From positions 1 through 48,795 of IMG/VR virus record IMGVR_UViG_3300034069_000147: DNA of 48,795 bases, one strand, 5' to 3'. The translations under genes were made by a program, and so were the position numbers. Shown in pieces: positions 26,332 to 35,831 of this stretch (positions are counted from its first letter, which is position 1; the number at the start of each line of letters is the position of its first letter). A model generated the notes under the pieces. That model did no database searches, was not told the origin of the DNA, and worked only from the letters and a program-made list of their open reading frames with translations. This stretch comes from a virus.

Positions 26332-27687
26332 CTAGAAACCGAATTTTTGCTTCAGCGCGTTGACATAGGAGTTGGCCGCTAGAACGCCATAGTTGACCTT
26401 GCCAACATCGTTGACGTGATTGCCGTTTCCGGTGAAGTTAACGGCGTTGATTACGGCGTTATTCCACGCCTCGCCTGAAGGCGAGTTGTCGAGATAAACG
26501 CTATTCGGATCGGCGAAATCGGCGAAAGCTCCCGCGTGGGCATCGAAGAAATCTTGCGTAATCGCTGAAGAAGGTGTGATTTGCGGGCCGACGACGAAAA
26601 TATTGGCGTCGGGCTGGATCGTTCGCGCTTGCTGCAATGTCGTCAGCATTTCGGCACGTTGCGCCGCCGCCGTATTGCCCGACAAGTTGAAGTCGTTAAG
26701 CGAGCCGAAGAAGCCGAAGCTATCCAGCTTGCCAACCTTAGCGATATCGAAATCACCTGCCGAAAGTCGCGTTCGATAAGTGTTGGCGGTAGCGCCAGCG
26801 GTTGCGAGGAAACCCGTTCCTCCGCTACCTAGCGAAAGCGGGTTGGAAACCCCCAACGTGGCACCGAAATAATCGGTCACGGCGAGCTTGACGGGGTTGG
26901 TTCCACCGCTAAGCGCGCCGGCTCCCCAACTATCCCACATGATACCTAGATTGAGTTCGAAGGGCTTCACCCAACGCCAGATTGCGGCGCCGGCCGAAGG
27001 AATGTTGATCGCGCCAAATTGCGCCGCGCTTGTGCCGCCAGTCGCCGCACCGGCATAAATTTCGATAAAGCGAAATGCTGCCGAACCGAAATCGACGCGA
27101 TGAAAAGTGAAGCCGCTTGTATCGGTGAAGTCAGCCGCCGCCGCCCGCGAACGAACGCCCGTTGTCGGATCGGTGACATACATCGTCCATCCGTTGCCAA
27201 CGAAGTCGGCGGAGAAGTCGAAAACTTGCCCGTAGAAAGCGAAGGAAATTCCCGAACCATGCCCGCTATAAACGGCGTTGGGTAGGGTAACGCCGAGAAT
27301 TCGCCGCTTCAGACCGGCAACCACGATTGTCGAGACACCGCCGATAAGCGAAACGCGCTTATCGGTAATCAGAATGGAGCCCGTGGCGCTGCCGGGACTT
27401 GTTGCCGAAGTGTTGACAGTCGACGCCGCGCTTGCTGCGGTTTGAATATAGACCGGCCCCGTAACCGTCGTCGGATCGGTGCCTTGGGCCTTTTGCACGA
27501 CAGGATTGGCGATAACTCCGCCGATCGGCGACATACCGCGTTGCGCCGAATTGAGAATTCGGCGCACCCTTTCCAGCCTTGTCGACAACGCGGCGTCAGT
27601 TGCCTTCGCAGAAGTCGAGTAAATGCCGGCGGCGGCAAAGTCAGCCGTCGGAAATGCGATATCGCTCGCCGCGATGTTACGTGCCAT
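26332..27687 (-). CDS. SGNH/GDSL-family esterase with an N-terminal beta-rich domain (probable virion-associated carbohydrate esterase)
   Basis: The C-terminal half carries SGNH blocks: I is GIMWDSWGAG, II is SLGSGGTG, III is FGSLNDF (GxND), and V-like is GNGNHVND. Confidence 0.7.
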   Translation of the reverse strand: MARNIAASDIAFPTADFAAAGIYSTSAKATDAALSTRLERVRRILNSAQRGMSPIGGVIANPVVQKAQGTDPTTVTGPVYIQTAASAASTVNTSATSPGSATGSILITDKRVSLIGGVSTIVVAGLKRRILGVTLPNAVYSGHGSGISFAFYGQVFDFSADFVGNGWTMYVTDPTTGVRSRAAAADFTDTSGFTFHRVDFGSAAFRFIEIYAGAATGGTSAAQFGAINIPSAGAAIWRWVKPFELNLGIMWDSWGAGALSGGTNPVKLAVTDYFGATLGVSNPLSLGSGGTGFLATAGATANTYRTRLSAGDFDIAKVGKLDSFGFFGSLNDFNLSGNTAAAQRAEMLTTLQQARTIQPDANIFVVGPQITPSSAITQDFFDAHAGAFADFADPNSVYLDNSPSGEAWNNAVINAVNFTGNGNHVNDVGKVNYGVLAANSYVNALKQKFGF

Positions 27688-27798
27688 GTCGTCAAACTCC
27701 CGTCAGAACTTGGCCATCTTGGCCAGACAAGATTTGGCCGTCTTTACCCATTAGGGCGTTGGCCGGGGTGGCGCCGCCACTCCCGTTATCCCCGGCCC

Positions 27799-29031
27799 CT
27801 AGATAAAAGACGCATCTTGGACGGAAATCGTCGACAGAACGCCGCCGACAACGGAGCCCGTATTCTCCAACGCCGTGAACGGCATCGTCAGAGTAAGGCC
27901 GGCGTTCGTGTCATCCTTCGTCGAACCGCTATACTTGACACGCGGCATGACGAAAGAGGTAAACAGCGGCGCCGCCACGTTCGAACCCGTCAGCACCGCG
28001 ACCACGACGCTTTCGGTTTCGTTGATGAAGGCATCGCGGAACGTTGCGTCTTGGAAAAGAACGGTGATTTGACCCGTCACGTCCACCGGGCCGGGGAACA
28101 CGTCAGGATCGACGTTTGCGCCGACGACACCGCCGGGAACCGAATAGTTGCCGTTGACGGTGATCGTCAGTCCGGTAACAAGACCCGCCACCACACCGTT
28201 GATGATAAGCGCGCCGTTCACAGCCGCAAGGATCGGACCCGTGGGAGCCGGCGCCGGAGTGGTGAAATATTCCGCCTGCCCGGTTTGCATATTCAGGCCC
28301 ATGACGGGGAATTCGATTGTCGCCATGCCCGTGGGCGGAAGCGTCGCCGTAAAGCCGGTGAAGACGCAATCGGTGAAACGCTCCGATTGGCCGATATCGG
28401 CGAAGAAGTGTTCTATGGTATAGTAATCGCGCGTTTGACCGCTCGACGGTATCCACGTCTTCTTTCCGACAACGGAAACGGTCACGCCGTCACCGGCCGC
28501 CTTCGTGACGATCGGCGTCCCGTCGAGAACGAGAAGGCTCATTGCGGTGGCCGTCAGAGCCGTGACGACAGCATATTGATTGTTATTGTCGGCGCCGGTT
28601 GTCGTGAAGCCGACCGTATTCACCACGTCGCCGACATTGAAGCCATCCGTGATAAAAGAGCCCGCCGAACGATTATAGATGCCGGTATTGTTGCCGACTG
28701 CCGTTGCCGAGATAGTGGTTTGCGAGTTGGTCGTCGCCGCCGTTTGCGAAAGCTGACGGAGAACGCTCTCCATGGGAAGCTGATAACCGCCGACCGAAAG
28801 CTCGCCGGAAATCGTGCCGGCAACGCTGCGAACGCCATGTCGCATGTCGCGACGTTGCTGCGACTGCAACATTTCGTTTGACTGATAGCTGGCCTTCGCC
28901 AGATCGATCGTTGAAGTGACACGCCGCGCATAACGCGCCGAACCCGCCGCGCCGGCCGCCGCCATAGCGCCAAGCGAGACTTGCTTCTTCAGCGAAAGCT
29001 TCTTGAAAACGCCCGTCGCAATGCCAGCCAT
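27799..29031 (-). CDS. Major tail (tube) protein, 410 aa
   Basis: Position is after the tail terminator and before the chaperones. The protein is beta-rich and Thr/Gly/Val-rich. Its size suggests an extra decoration domain. Confidence 0.7.
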   Translation of the reverse strand: MAGIATGVFKKLSLKKQVSLGAMAAAGAAGSARYARRVTSTIDLAKASYQSNEMLQSQQRRDMRHGVRSVAGTISGELSVGGYQLPMESVLRQLSQTAATTNSQTTISATAVGNNTGIYNRSAGSFITDGFNVGDVVNTVGFTTTGADNNNQYAVVTALTATAMSLLVLDGTPIVTKAAGDGVTVSVVGKKTWIPSSGQTRDYYTIEHFFADIGQSERFTDCVFTGFTATLPPTGMATIEFPVMGLNMQTGQAEYFTTPAPAPTGPILAAVNGALIINGVVAGLVTGLTITVNGNYSVPGGVVGANVDPDVFPGPVDVTGQITVLFQDATFRDAFINETESVVVAVLTGSNVAAPLFTSFVMPRVKYSGSTKDDTNAGLTLTMPFTALENTGSVVGGVLSTISVQDASFI

Positions 29032-29035
29032 CGGA

Positions 29036-29446
29036 TTATCCTTTCATAACGTTTGCGTAGAACCGAACCCGCACGCGGATAACGTAACGGTCGCCCTCCA
29101 CTACGCCATTGGAGATTTCGGGCGTATTCTCCACCACCGACGTAACGCCAGCGGCGATCAAAGACAAGCCTCTTGGGAAGCTGTCTCGGATGAATTCGGC
29201 GCGATCCCCGGCGGGTCCGCCGCCTTGATTTGTTGGATAGCGCAAGTCGACTTGCATATATCCACGTTGCCGGTAAAAATTGTCGCCGAAAGTCGGGTTC
29301 TCCGGCGCGGCGAACAATAGCCAACATTCCTGATAAGGTTGCCCGTCGACGGGCTTATAGTTCGTGTTCTCGAATGCTGTGGGCAACGGGGGTTGAAGCG
29401 ACGACAACTTAGTTTCGAACGCCGCTTTGATCGCTTTATTACTCAT
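29036..29446 (-). CDS. Tail terminator protein (DUF4128-like)
   Basis: Product is MSNKAIKAAFETKLSSL...AFENTNYKPVDGQPY...RGYMQVDLRYP. Position is immediately upstream of the major tail gene. Confidence 0.6.
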   Translation of the reverse strand: MSNKAIKAAFETKLSSLQPPLPTAFENTNYKPVDGQPYQECWLLFAAPENPTFGDNFYRQRGYMQVDLRYPTNQGGGPAGDRAEFIRDSFPRGLSLIAAGVTSVVENTPEISNGVVEGDRYVIRVRVRFYANVMKG

Positions 29447-29891
29447 AACCCATGCTCCGGGCTATACGATCGACGATCGGTTGAAATTCTAGAACGGTAA
29501 TATGCACTATTCCGTTGGGCGCTTGCCTATGACTATGCCCGTTTTCCAAGGCTTCGGCATAAGGCAAGTTATTCGTCAAATAGTGAACGTTGCCGGCGCC
29601 ATCGGTGGATATCTTGCCCACAATTGAGCTTATCGTTCCGGCGCCGGCCGCATCGATCGCGTCGGTTGTTTTCAAGTCGGGCGCTTCGAGGCCATATTGC
29701 CAGTTCGCCCGAAAGCGCCCGCCGACGTAACCCGGAGGCGGCGGGTTCTTCCAATACTTGCCATCGCCAACCGGCGACTTTAGGACAAGTTGCTTGGCAA
29801 GCTCGCCGACAACTTTGGCGATAACAAGTCCGTTCTTCGCCTTAGTTTTGTCGGCGAACTTCTTTAAATCGAGGGCGAAACTGGCGCTCAT
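29439..29891 (-). CDS. HK97 gp10-like neck / tail-completion protein
   Basis: ATG 29891 is ATGA-coupled. Motifs are LKSPVGDG...GGRFRANWQ and LTNNLPYAEALENGHS. The track ORF over-extends to 29966. Confidence 0.6.
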   Translation of the reverse strand: MSASFALDLKKFADKTKAKNGLVIAKVVGELAKQLVLKSPVGDGKYWKNPPPPGYVGGRFRANWQYGLEAPDLKTTDAIDAAGAGTISSIVGKISTDGAGNVHYLTNNLPYAEALENGHSHRQAPNGIVHITVLEFQPIVDRIARSMGYE

Positions 29892-30265
29892 TTTCTGACT
29901 TGCAGAATATAGAGGCAAGGAAGCTCGCCGCTGAAGACGGTTTGCACTTGGCGAACGGAATACCATTCGCCGCCAAGCTTAAGCCTATCTTCCGGCGTCG
30001 GCTGCGAAGTGAACGACAACGCCGAAGCCGTCAGCTTCTTATCGCCCGTCTCGATAAGGCCGTTCGAAGCTCCGATCGCAACGCCATTGTATTCTTCCGG
30101 TGGCGCGACTTTGAAGTCGACGGGATCGGAAGTCGGCGCTTCGTTTGTGCCGGTGGCGGGATTGTAAACCGCTTCGTCGCCGACAAAGACATAGCTTATC
30201 GTCACGCCAAATTCTTCGATGATTTCGAGGGCAAGCGGCCCAAGCTCCGCGTCAAGCTCCGTCAT
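29888..30265 (-). CDS. Head-closure / head-tail joining protein, 125 aa
   Basis: Small beta-rich ORF between the connector and the gp10-like gene. The call is positional. Confidence 0.5.
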   Translation of the reverse strand: MTELDAELGPLALEIIEEFGVTISYVFVGDEAVYNPATGTNEAPTSDPVDFKVAPPEEYNGVAIGASNGLIETGDKKLTASALSFTSQPTPEDRLKLGGEWYSVRQVQTVFSGELPCLYILQVRK

Positions 30266-30266
30266 G

Positions 30267-30737
30267 TCAGCACCGGGTCAACGGCATCATGGCGCCGGAA
30301 ACGGTGCCAAGGAACGGCGCGACACGGAGCGACGCGGCGACGAAATTGGTAGAGACGGCGCTATTGCCATCGTATTCGACGGCAAGTGGTCCGACCTTCA
30401 CCGACTTTTTGCCGCGCGTTATATTTGGCATAAGCGGCGTTGCTTTGGCGATAAAAGCCAGTTCGGCGATTGCCTGTTGAATGAGAAGCGGAATGCCGGT
30501 GGCATTTGTGCGCGGAAACGGCAATGATTGATCGACGTAAATGGGAACACCGTTCAAAGCCGCGCCATAAGTGGCAACGAAATAATCCGTTGCCTTACGC
30601 AACAATTGCTCGACGGTTGGGTCTTCCAGCGCCGTAACATTAGTTCCGCGCTTGGCGTGATAGTCGCGGAAGAACGCAACGGAGCAAAGACTTTCGGCGT
30701 TGGCAACTCCGGTGCCATCTTCCACGATCAAAGACAT
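30267..30737 (-). CDS. Head-tail connector (gp6-like / DnaT-like fold family)
   Basis: The N-terminus MSLIVEDGTGVANAESL is typical of this connector family. Position is after the capsid genes. Confidence 0.6.
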   Translation of the reverse strand: MSLIVEDGTGVANAESLCSVAFFRDYHAKRGTNVTALEDPTVEQLLRKATDYFVATYGAALNGVPIYVDQSLPFPRTNATGIPLLIQQAIAELAFIAKATPLMPNITRGKKSVKVGPLAVEYDGNSAVSTNFVAASLRVAPFLGTVSGAMMPLTRC

Positions 30738-30805
30738 TGCCTACATTCCTTATGAAAAAGGGCCGGGTTGTTAGCCCGGCCCTTTCAATAGCTACCGGGC
30801 GAAGC

Positions 30806-31354
30806 TTACGCCTGCGCGCCGCCGGAGCCCTCCGCACCGCCGTTGCCGGCCGGGGCGCCGCTCGATCCCTTCCCCTTGCCCTTCCCGGAGCCCGTGGGGG
30901 CCGGATCGGCGCCATCGGGCGGGGGAGCCCCCCAACCCTCCGTCGCGGCGGCCATCGCCTGCCCGCTGGCGTTGCCTTCGGCCGGATCGATGTTCGACGC
31001 GGGAAGCTCGCCCGTCTGGCCCTCGCCGGCCCGCACTTCGGCGAGCTTGGCGCCCGGAACGATCGCACCGTTGACGGCGCCGATGCCGGCGAGCGCGAGG
31101 CCGCCGTCTTCGCCTTCGGCGATCGACCGGCCGTTCGTCGGATCGCCGCCGAACGGATCGTTGGGATAGGCCGTCTTCATCGCTTCCTTCAGTTCGTCAC
31201 GCTGTGCGATCGTCAGGTTCGATGTCAGGTCGACGAAATCGCCGAAAAGGGCCATCGCCGCCGACACGCCGCCATAAGCGCCGGTCGTGCTCTCCGCCGC
31301 ATTGTCCGCCTTGCGCTGTGCGCGATCGGCGTGGCGTTCCGCAAGAGACTTCAT
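30806..31354 (-). CDS. Hypothetical head-module protein with a Gly-rich, low-complexity tail
   Basis: ORF directly downstream of the capsid gene. It is very GC-rich and ends ...GSGKGKGKGSSGAPAGNGGAEGSGGAQA. A decoration or internal protein is possible. Confidence 0.55.
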   Translation of the reverse strand: MKSLAERHADRAQRKADNAAESTTGAYGGVSAAMALFGDFVDLTSNLTIAQRDELKEAMKTAYPNDPFGGDPTNGRSIAEGEDGGLALAGIGAVNGAIVPGAKLAEVRAGEGQTGELPASNIDPAEGNASGQAMAAATEGWGAPPPDGADPAPTGSGKGKGKGSSGAPAGNGGAEGSGGAQA

Positions 31355-31423
31355 TTCGCAGTTCCTTTCCGTGAAGTTTCGAGTAGCTGAAGGCCGAAGC
31401 CTTCAGCTAACGAACGCCTTGGC

Positions 31424-32452
31424 TTACGCCTTCGACTTGATGAACGCCATCGGGACGTTCTTCCGATCGAGTACGCGATTCCAGTGAGCCGCAACCCGAA
31501 GGTCCGCCAGCGTCGGCGACGCTTCGACCATCGCCGCGCCACCGTCGATCCATTCGAAGCCGAACGGATGAACCAGCCACGTCTTGCGCTCGCCGATGCT
31601 TTCCATGCCGCCGCCGTTGCCGGCGAGCGCGGTTCGATCGACTTCGGCCGCCAGCTTGGGCGCGCCCTCGCCATAGGCGTATTCGTAACCCTCGACGCCG
31701 CCGAAGCCGGCCGCGCCGCCGCCGAAAAGGACCGACAGATAAACGCGATCGGCGCCGGTCCCGGAGACGGGAAGGCTATCGTCGACGACGACGACACGGC
31801 CCTTGTAAATGGCGATGCGCGTGCCGTTCTGCGACGGCTCGATATAGGTGATTTCGTCGTTCTTCACCATTCGCGCCATGACCATCGAGTGAACCGCCAT
31901 TGCGCGAATGTTCTCCGCCTGATCGCCCATCGTATAGGCGGCGTCGATGAACGTATTCGCGTTGAAGATGGCCGCATTGCCCGTCAGCCCCGAAATGTCG
32001 ACGATCATGTCGCCGGCATCGTTAGCCACGTTGTCGGCGAGTACGCCGACGCACGACGCGATAAGCCGGCGCTCCAACTGGCGTTGCCAGTAAGTGCCGA
32101 ACCGATTGCGGATATGGTTCAGCGGCTCCGAACCCGACAGTTCGGAAACGAGGTCCATTTCGCCGAACCATTGGTTGATCCAGATTTTCCGGGCCGTCAT
32201 GGTGCCGGAATTGATCTTGTTCGGAACGGCGAGGTCCGCCGGATCATCGTTGGAATAGTTCGGTTCGATGGTCGGATCGATATCACGCCAGAACGGCACC
32301 ACGAACGTCTTGCCGGCGTTCTTCGCGAAGCCGTCGAGAAGCGGGTTCGTCGCGATGATGCCGGCTTGGACGAAAGCCGAAGTCTCCGGGTTATTAACGG
32401 CCGTATAGGAGCCGTAAACGCTTGGAATGAATGCGTCAGAAAGGCGGATCAT
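31424..32452 (-). CDS. Major capsid protein
   Basis: 342-aa ORF after the scaffold gene, with typical composition (MIRLSDAFIPSVYGSY...NQWFGEMDL...). It has a strong AAGGGAA RBS. Confidence 0.8.
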   Translation of the reverse strand: MIRLSDAFIPSVYGSYTAVNNPETSAFVQAGIIATNPLLDGFAKNAGKTFVVPFWRDIDPTIEPNYSNDDPADLAVPNKINSGTMTARKIWINQWFGEMDLVSELSGSEPLNHIRNRFGTYWQRQLERRLIASCVGVLADNVANDAGDMIVDISGLTGNAAIFNANTFIDAAYTMGDQAENIRAMAVHSMVMARMVKNDEITYIEPSQNGTRIAIYKGRVVVVDDSLPVSGTGADRVYLSVLFGGGAAGFGGVEGYEYAYGEGAPKLAAEVDRTALAGNGGGMESIGERKTWLVHPFGFEWIDGGAAMVEASPTLADLRVAAHWNRVLDRKNVPMAFIKSKA

Positions 32453-32502
32453 GGTGTCATTCCCTTCGCAAAAACCTAGCGTTTACGGCGCATAGGCGGG
32501 GC

Positions 32503-33213
32503 TTAACTTGCCGGGCGAACATTTTCCTTGGCGTCCATCCGACGTTGGAAATCCGCCGGATTGGCGCGCGCAAGTTCGATGCGCTCCGCTTCGTTCATTT
32601 CGTAAAGCTTCTTCCCGCCCTGCGGGTTTCCGGGGCCGCCGGAGCCGCCGCCACCGTTGCCGGGCGCGACGACGTAATGCTTGCCCTTATCGGTTAGCGC
32701 CCATTCCTTGATATGGTCGCCAAGGGGCTTGTCACCGACGAACGGCCTCCGCTCGCCATCGACTTCCCGAATTGTCACGCCTCGCGACATTGACGCCGAA
32801 ACGTCTTCGATGAAGTGCGGCGCCACATTGTTCGCCGCAAGCTCCGCTGTCAACGCCGAATTGACGATCGCGGTGCGCGCCGCCGTCGTTTCGCGGTCGC
32901 GCTCGCTAACCGCCGTGTCGCGCTCCGTCGTGCGCGTCTCCAAGTCGCGCGTGACTTGGCGAAGCTGACTTTGCGCCGTCCGAAGCTCCGCTGAATTCGT
33001 GCGAAGTTCACCTTCCAGCCGTTCGATTTCGGCCGTGGTATTCGCGTCGCCACCGCTGGCACGAAGCGAACGAATACGCTCCCGATGACTTGCGTTTTCG
33101 GTTTCGAGCCGGTCGATTGCGGCTTCATGTTCGGTTGTCAGCCGCTCGCGCTCGGCTGTGACGGCGGCCGTCACGATGGCAACGTCGGCAGGGTCGTTCG
33201 GATCGTAAGCCAT
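32503..33213 (-). CDS. Scaffolding protein
   Basis: Glu/Arg/Ala/Thr-rich coiled-coil protein between the MuF-like and capsid genes. Confidence 0.7.
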   Translation of the reverse strand: MAYDPNDPADVAIVTAAVTAERERLTTEHEAAIDRLETENASHRERIRSLRASGGDANTTAEIERLEGELRTNSAELRTAQSQLRQVTRDLETRTTERDTAVSERDRETTAARTAIVNSALTAELAANNVAPHFIEDVSASMSRGVTIREVDGERRPFVGDKPLGDHIKEWALTDKGKHYVVAPGNGGGGSGGPGNPQGGKKLYEMNEAERIELARANPADFQRRMDAKENVRPAS

Positions 33214-33252
33214 AAAATCTCCATATCGCCCGGTTCATGGACGATCGGAAAC

Positions 33253-34317
33253 CTAGCTCGACTGACGGCCCGCCACAAGCTCTTGCAGTTCGGCGAGCGT
33301 TTGTTCGCGACCCTCGCCATTGACTAGATCGCGAAGGGTTATCTTGCCGGCCCGCCATAGATCGGCCCGGCCAACGCCAAGCATTTCGTCGACATATTCT
33401 TTCGACTTCCTCTTAAGGAAGCCGTCGAACGTCGTGTCAACATCGATTTGACCGTCTTCGCTCGCGCGCGTCGTGCCGAACTTAGGTTCGTCGATATCAA
33501 TGCCAAGGTCGGCAAACGACTTCAGAATTGGCACTTCGACCGAACGGCAGCTCATATGCCGGGGAACGCCCGTCAGATATGGCAATTCATTCGGCGCGAT
33601 CGGCTCATAATCTAAATTCCACTTCGCATGACTGTAGGCAACACAAGTCAAGCTTGTATGGCTATCGAGCGTGGAAATTTGCTCGATACCTTTGACCGTT
33701 TCAGGATTGGCATTGAACGTCTTACGCCTAGCGTCGCTGGCGACACTTTGAACCGACGTTTGAACTAGCGTTGCGGCATTACGCCGCACAGCATCCATTA
33801 TGCCCGGTTGACCCGACTTGCCCACAATCCGGGCGATGATTTGTTGATTTGTCTCGGCTGCGATCAAGCCTTGGCGCACTTGGCCGGCGAACTTGAATTG
33901 CGTATCGGCGTCTTGGGTTTTCCACCATTCCTTAGTCGGGTGGCCCATGACGATTGCGTCATCTTTTAGCGCATTGAAGTAGGCTTGTTTCGGAAGCTTG
34001 ATCGCTTCCAAGCCAAGCGTGATTTCGAACGCCGAAACGGTATGCTCCGCCGCGAACTTGGCCAGCCCGACAATATCGAACAAGCCGGGCATATCGGCGT
34101 AAGCTTGGGCGATCGAAACGTTAGCGTTCTTCAACACGACGTTGACGACGCGCTTATCGTATCGTGACAAGTCGGCTTCAGCCAACTTGCCGATAAGCTC
34201 TTTCTCTAGCTTGGCCAGCCGGGCAAACGTGCGCTTACGTTGCGAGGCGGCGAGGCGCAATATATTGAGCGCCCCGCCGATCAATTCATCGTAAAGCCCT
34301 TGCAGCGGGTTCGCCAT
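33253..34317 (-). CDS. Head morphogenesis protein, SPP1 gp7 / Mu F-like
   Basis: Lies downstream of the portal. The C-terminal signature is ...TCVAYSHAKW...GVPRHMSCRS (cf. the PxHxNCRC motif). Confidence 0.7.
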   Translation of the reverse strand: MANPLQGLYDELIGGALNILRLAASQRKRTFARLAKLEKELIGKLAEADLSRYDKRVVNVVLKNANVSIAQAYADMPGLFDIVGLAKFAAEHTVSAFEITLGLEAIKLPKQAYFNALKDDAIVMGHPTKEWWKTQDADTQFKFAGQVRQGLIAAETNQQIIARIVGKSGQPGIMDAVRRNAATLVQTSVQSVASDARRKTFNANPETVKGIEQISTLDSHTSLTCVAYSHAKWNLDYEPIAPNELPYLTGVPRHMSCRSVEVPILKSFADLGIDIDEPKFGTTRASEDGQIDVDTTFDGFLKRKSKEYVDEMLGVGRADLWRAGKITLRDLVNGEGREQTLAELQELVAGRQSS

Positions 34318-35831
34318 TATTCATCGCCCGGCTTCGGCTCCGGCTTGGGATCATCCGGGTTGTCGGGATCGTCGAGCCCCGGCCCGCTGTTGTAGCCGAT
34401 GCCGGCCGGCGTGGGGATCGGGTTGGCGTCGATACGCGCTTGTTCGTCTTCGAACGAAAGTTCGGCGTCGACGATATCGGCGCGCTTCAGCAAGTCGAAC
34501 AAGCTTTCGGTCGACATTTGGCCAGCTTGCACAAGCCCAAGCCATGCGGTCAACGTTTGTGCGTCGACGGACATGGGCACGAAGTCGCGGTTGATTTGGA
34601 ACTTACATTCCCCCGCGATGCCGGCCCATTCGGCGAATACCTTCAGCGCCTTTGTCAGCCCGTCTGATACGGCGATGGCGATCGATGACAGGATCGAGTT
34701 TTCACCGCTGTGGCGGATCGCTAGCGTTTCGGCCGCCTCCACGCCGCTTTTCTCCGGCGCCAGCATACGCGCGCCGATCGCGGCCATTTGACCTTCCTTG
34801 CGAGCAAGGTTCTTTTCAAGCGCGTCGAGCCCTTGACCAGTAAATTCGAGGAATTCGGCCTTGGCTTGCGCATCGGGGAATATCCACGCGGTTGCGCTAC
34901 CGATATAGAACTTTTCTTTGATCGGTTGACCCGTCTTGTCGTCGAAGCCGGGCTTATAGCCGGAGATAACCGGCGTCGGAAGGCCGGTCATATGACAGCC
35001 ATGTTCGTAATCAGCCGAAACTTGATAATGCTTCAAGTTAAGGTCGATAAGGTCAATCATGACGGGATCGTCGACGATCGCGCCTTCGGTGCCATCCGGG
35101 CCGATAAAGAAGAACGGTATGGACGTAAGCTTTTTATTGTTGATCGTCGGATAAACATCGGAGCCAATTTGCTCGCCGTTATCTTCTTTGAACACGCGAA
35201 CGCGATAAAAACCGTCGATCAAGTCGAGTACGCGGATACGGCTTTCCGTCTCATACTCGAATTCGCTTTTCTCCGTTTCATGCAATTCGAGCAAGCGAAC
35301 TTGCGTAAGAACCGTGGCGTTGTTAACGCGACCGTAGCGCCAATTTATGATATTCTCCGTCTTATACATTTGCATAGACGGACGTTGACCGGCGGCTTGG
35401 GCTTGGGCAACGGTAACGGGCGAGCCGTCTTCATTCTGAAGCTGTGCCGGGTGATCGACTAGAACGCCAAGCCGGCTGACTTCCAAGTCTTCAAGCGCAC
35501 AGTCGCGCGCGAAGTCGGAAAAGCTGACGCCCGACATTGTTACATCATCGAGCATTGCTTCAAGCGTCTTGGGCACTTCAAGCGTCGGCGGCTTGCGGAA
35601 AAGCATTCCAATAAAGCCGGCAATAGTGCGCCAGCTTGCGTTATAGAACGGAGTGCGATCGACGTAAGCGAGATATTCGCTTAGCTCTTGATCCAAGAGC
35701 TTCGGCAAATATAGCGTTCCGCCGCCGTGAACCGCATCTTGTCCGGAAACAACGTCACGAACACGCCGCCATTTATCTTGAAAAGCAACGTATTGATTAT
35801 GCCGCGTTTGAACGCCGTCGCCCGTAGCCAT
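34317..35831 (-). CDS. Portal protein (DUF4055-like)
   Basis: 504-aa ORF TAATG-coupled to terL, with an acidic C-terminal tail. The N-terminus is QYVAFQDKWRRVRDVVSGQDAV...LYLPKL. Confidence 0.8.
   Translation of the reverse strand: MATGDGVQTRHNQYVAFQDKWRRVRDVVSGQDAVHGGGTLYLPKLLDQELSEYLAYVDRTPFYNASWRTIAGFIGMLFRKPPTLEVPKTLEAMLDDVTMSGVSFSDFARDCALEDLEVSRLGVLVDHPAQLQNEDGSPVTVAQAQAAGQRPSMQMYKTENIINWRYGRVNNATVLTQVRLLELHETEKSEFEYETESRIRVLDLIDGFYRVRVFKEDNGEQIGSDVYPTINNKKLTSIPFFFIGPDGTEGAIVDDPVMIDLIDLNLKHYQVSADYEHGCHMTGLPTPVISGYKPGFDDKTGQPIKEKFYIGSATAWIFPDAQAKAEFLEFTGQGLDALEKNLARKEGQMAAIGARMLAPEKSGVEAAETLAIRHSGENSILSSIAIAVSDGLTKALKVFAEWAGIAGECKFQINRDFVPMSVDAQTLTAWLGLVQAGQMSTESLFDLLKRADIVDAELSFEDEQARIDANPIPTPAGIGYNSGPGLDDPDNPDDPKPEPKPGDE

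Noticed and set aside
25595-26335. 246-aa plus-strand ORF opposite the tail chaperone genes
   Set aside because: It is an antisense shadow. The chaperone pair fits the conserved G/GT arrangement.
27442-28881. 479-aa plus-strand ORF across the SGNH/major-tail region
   Set aside because: The product is Arg/Asp/His-rich junk, typical of antisense frames in GC-rich genes. It overlaps two well-supported minus-strand structural genes.
31484-32479. 331-aa plus-strand ORF opposite the major capsid gene
   Set aside because: It is an antisense shadow of a high-GC gene. The capsid frame has an RBS, the right context and protein-like composition.
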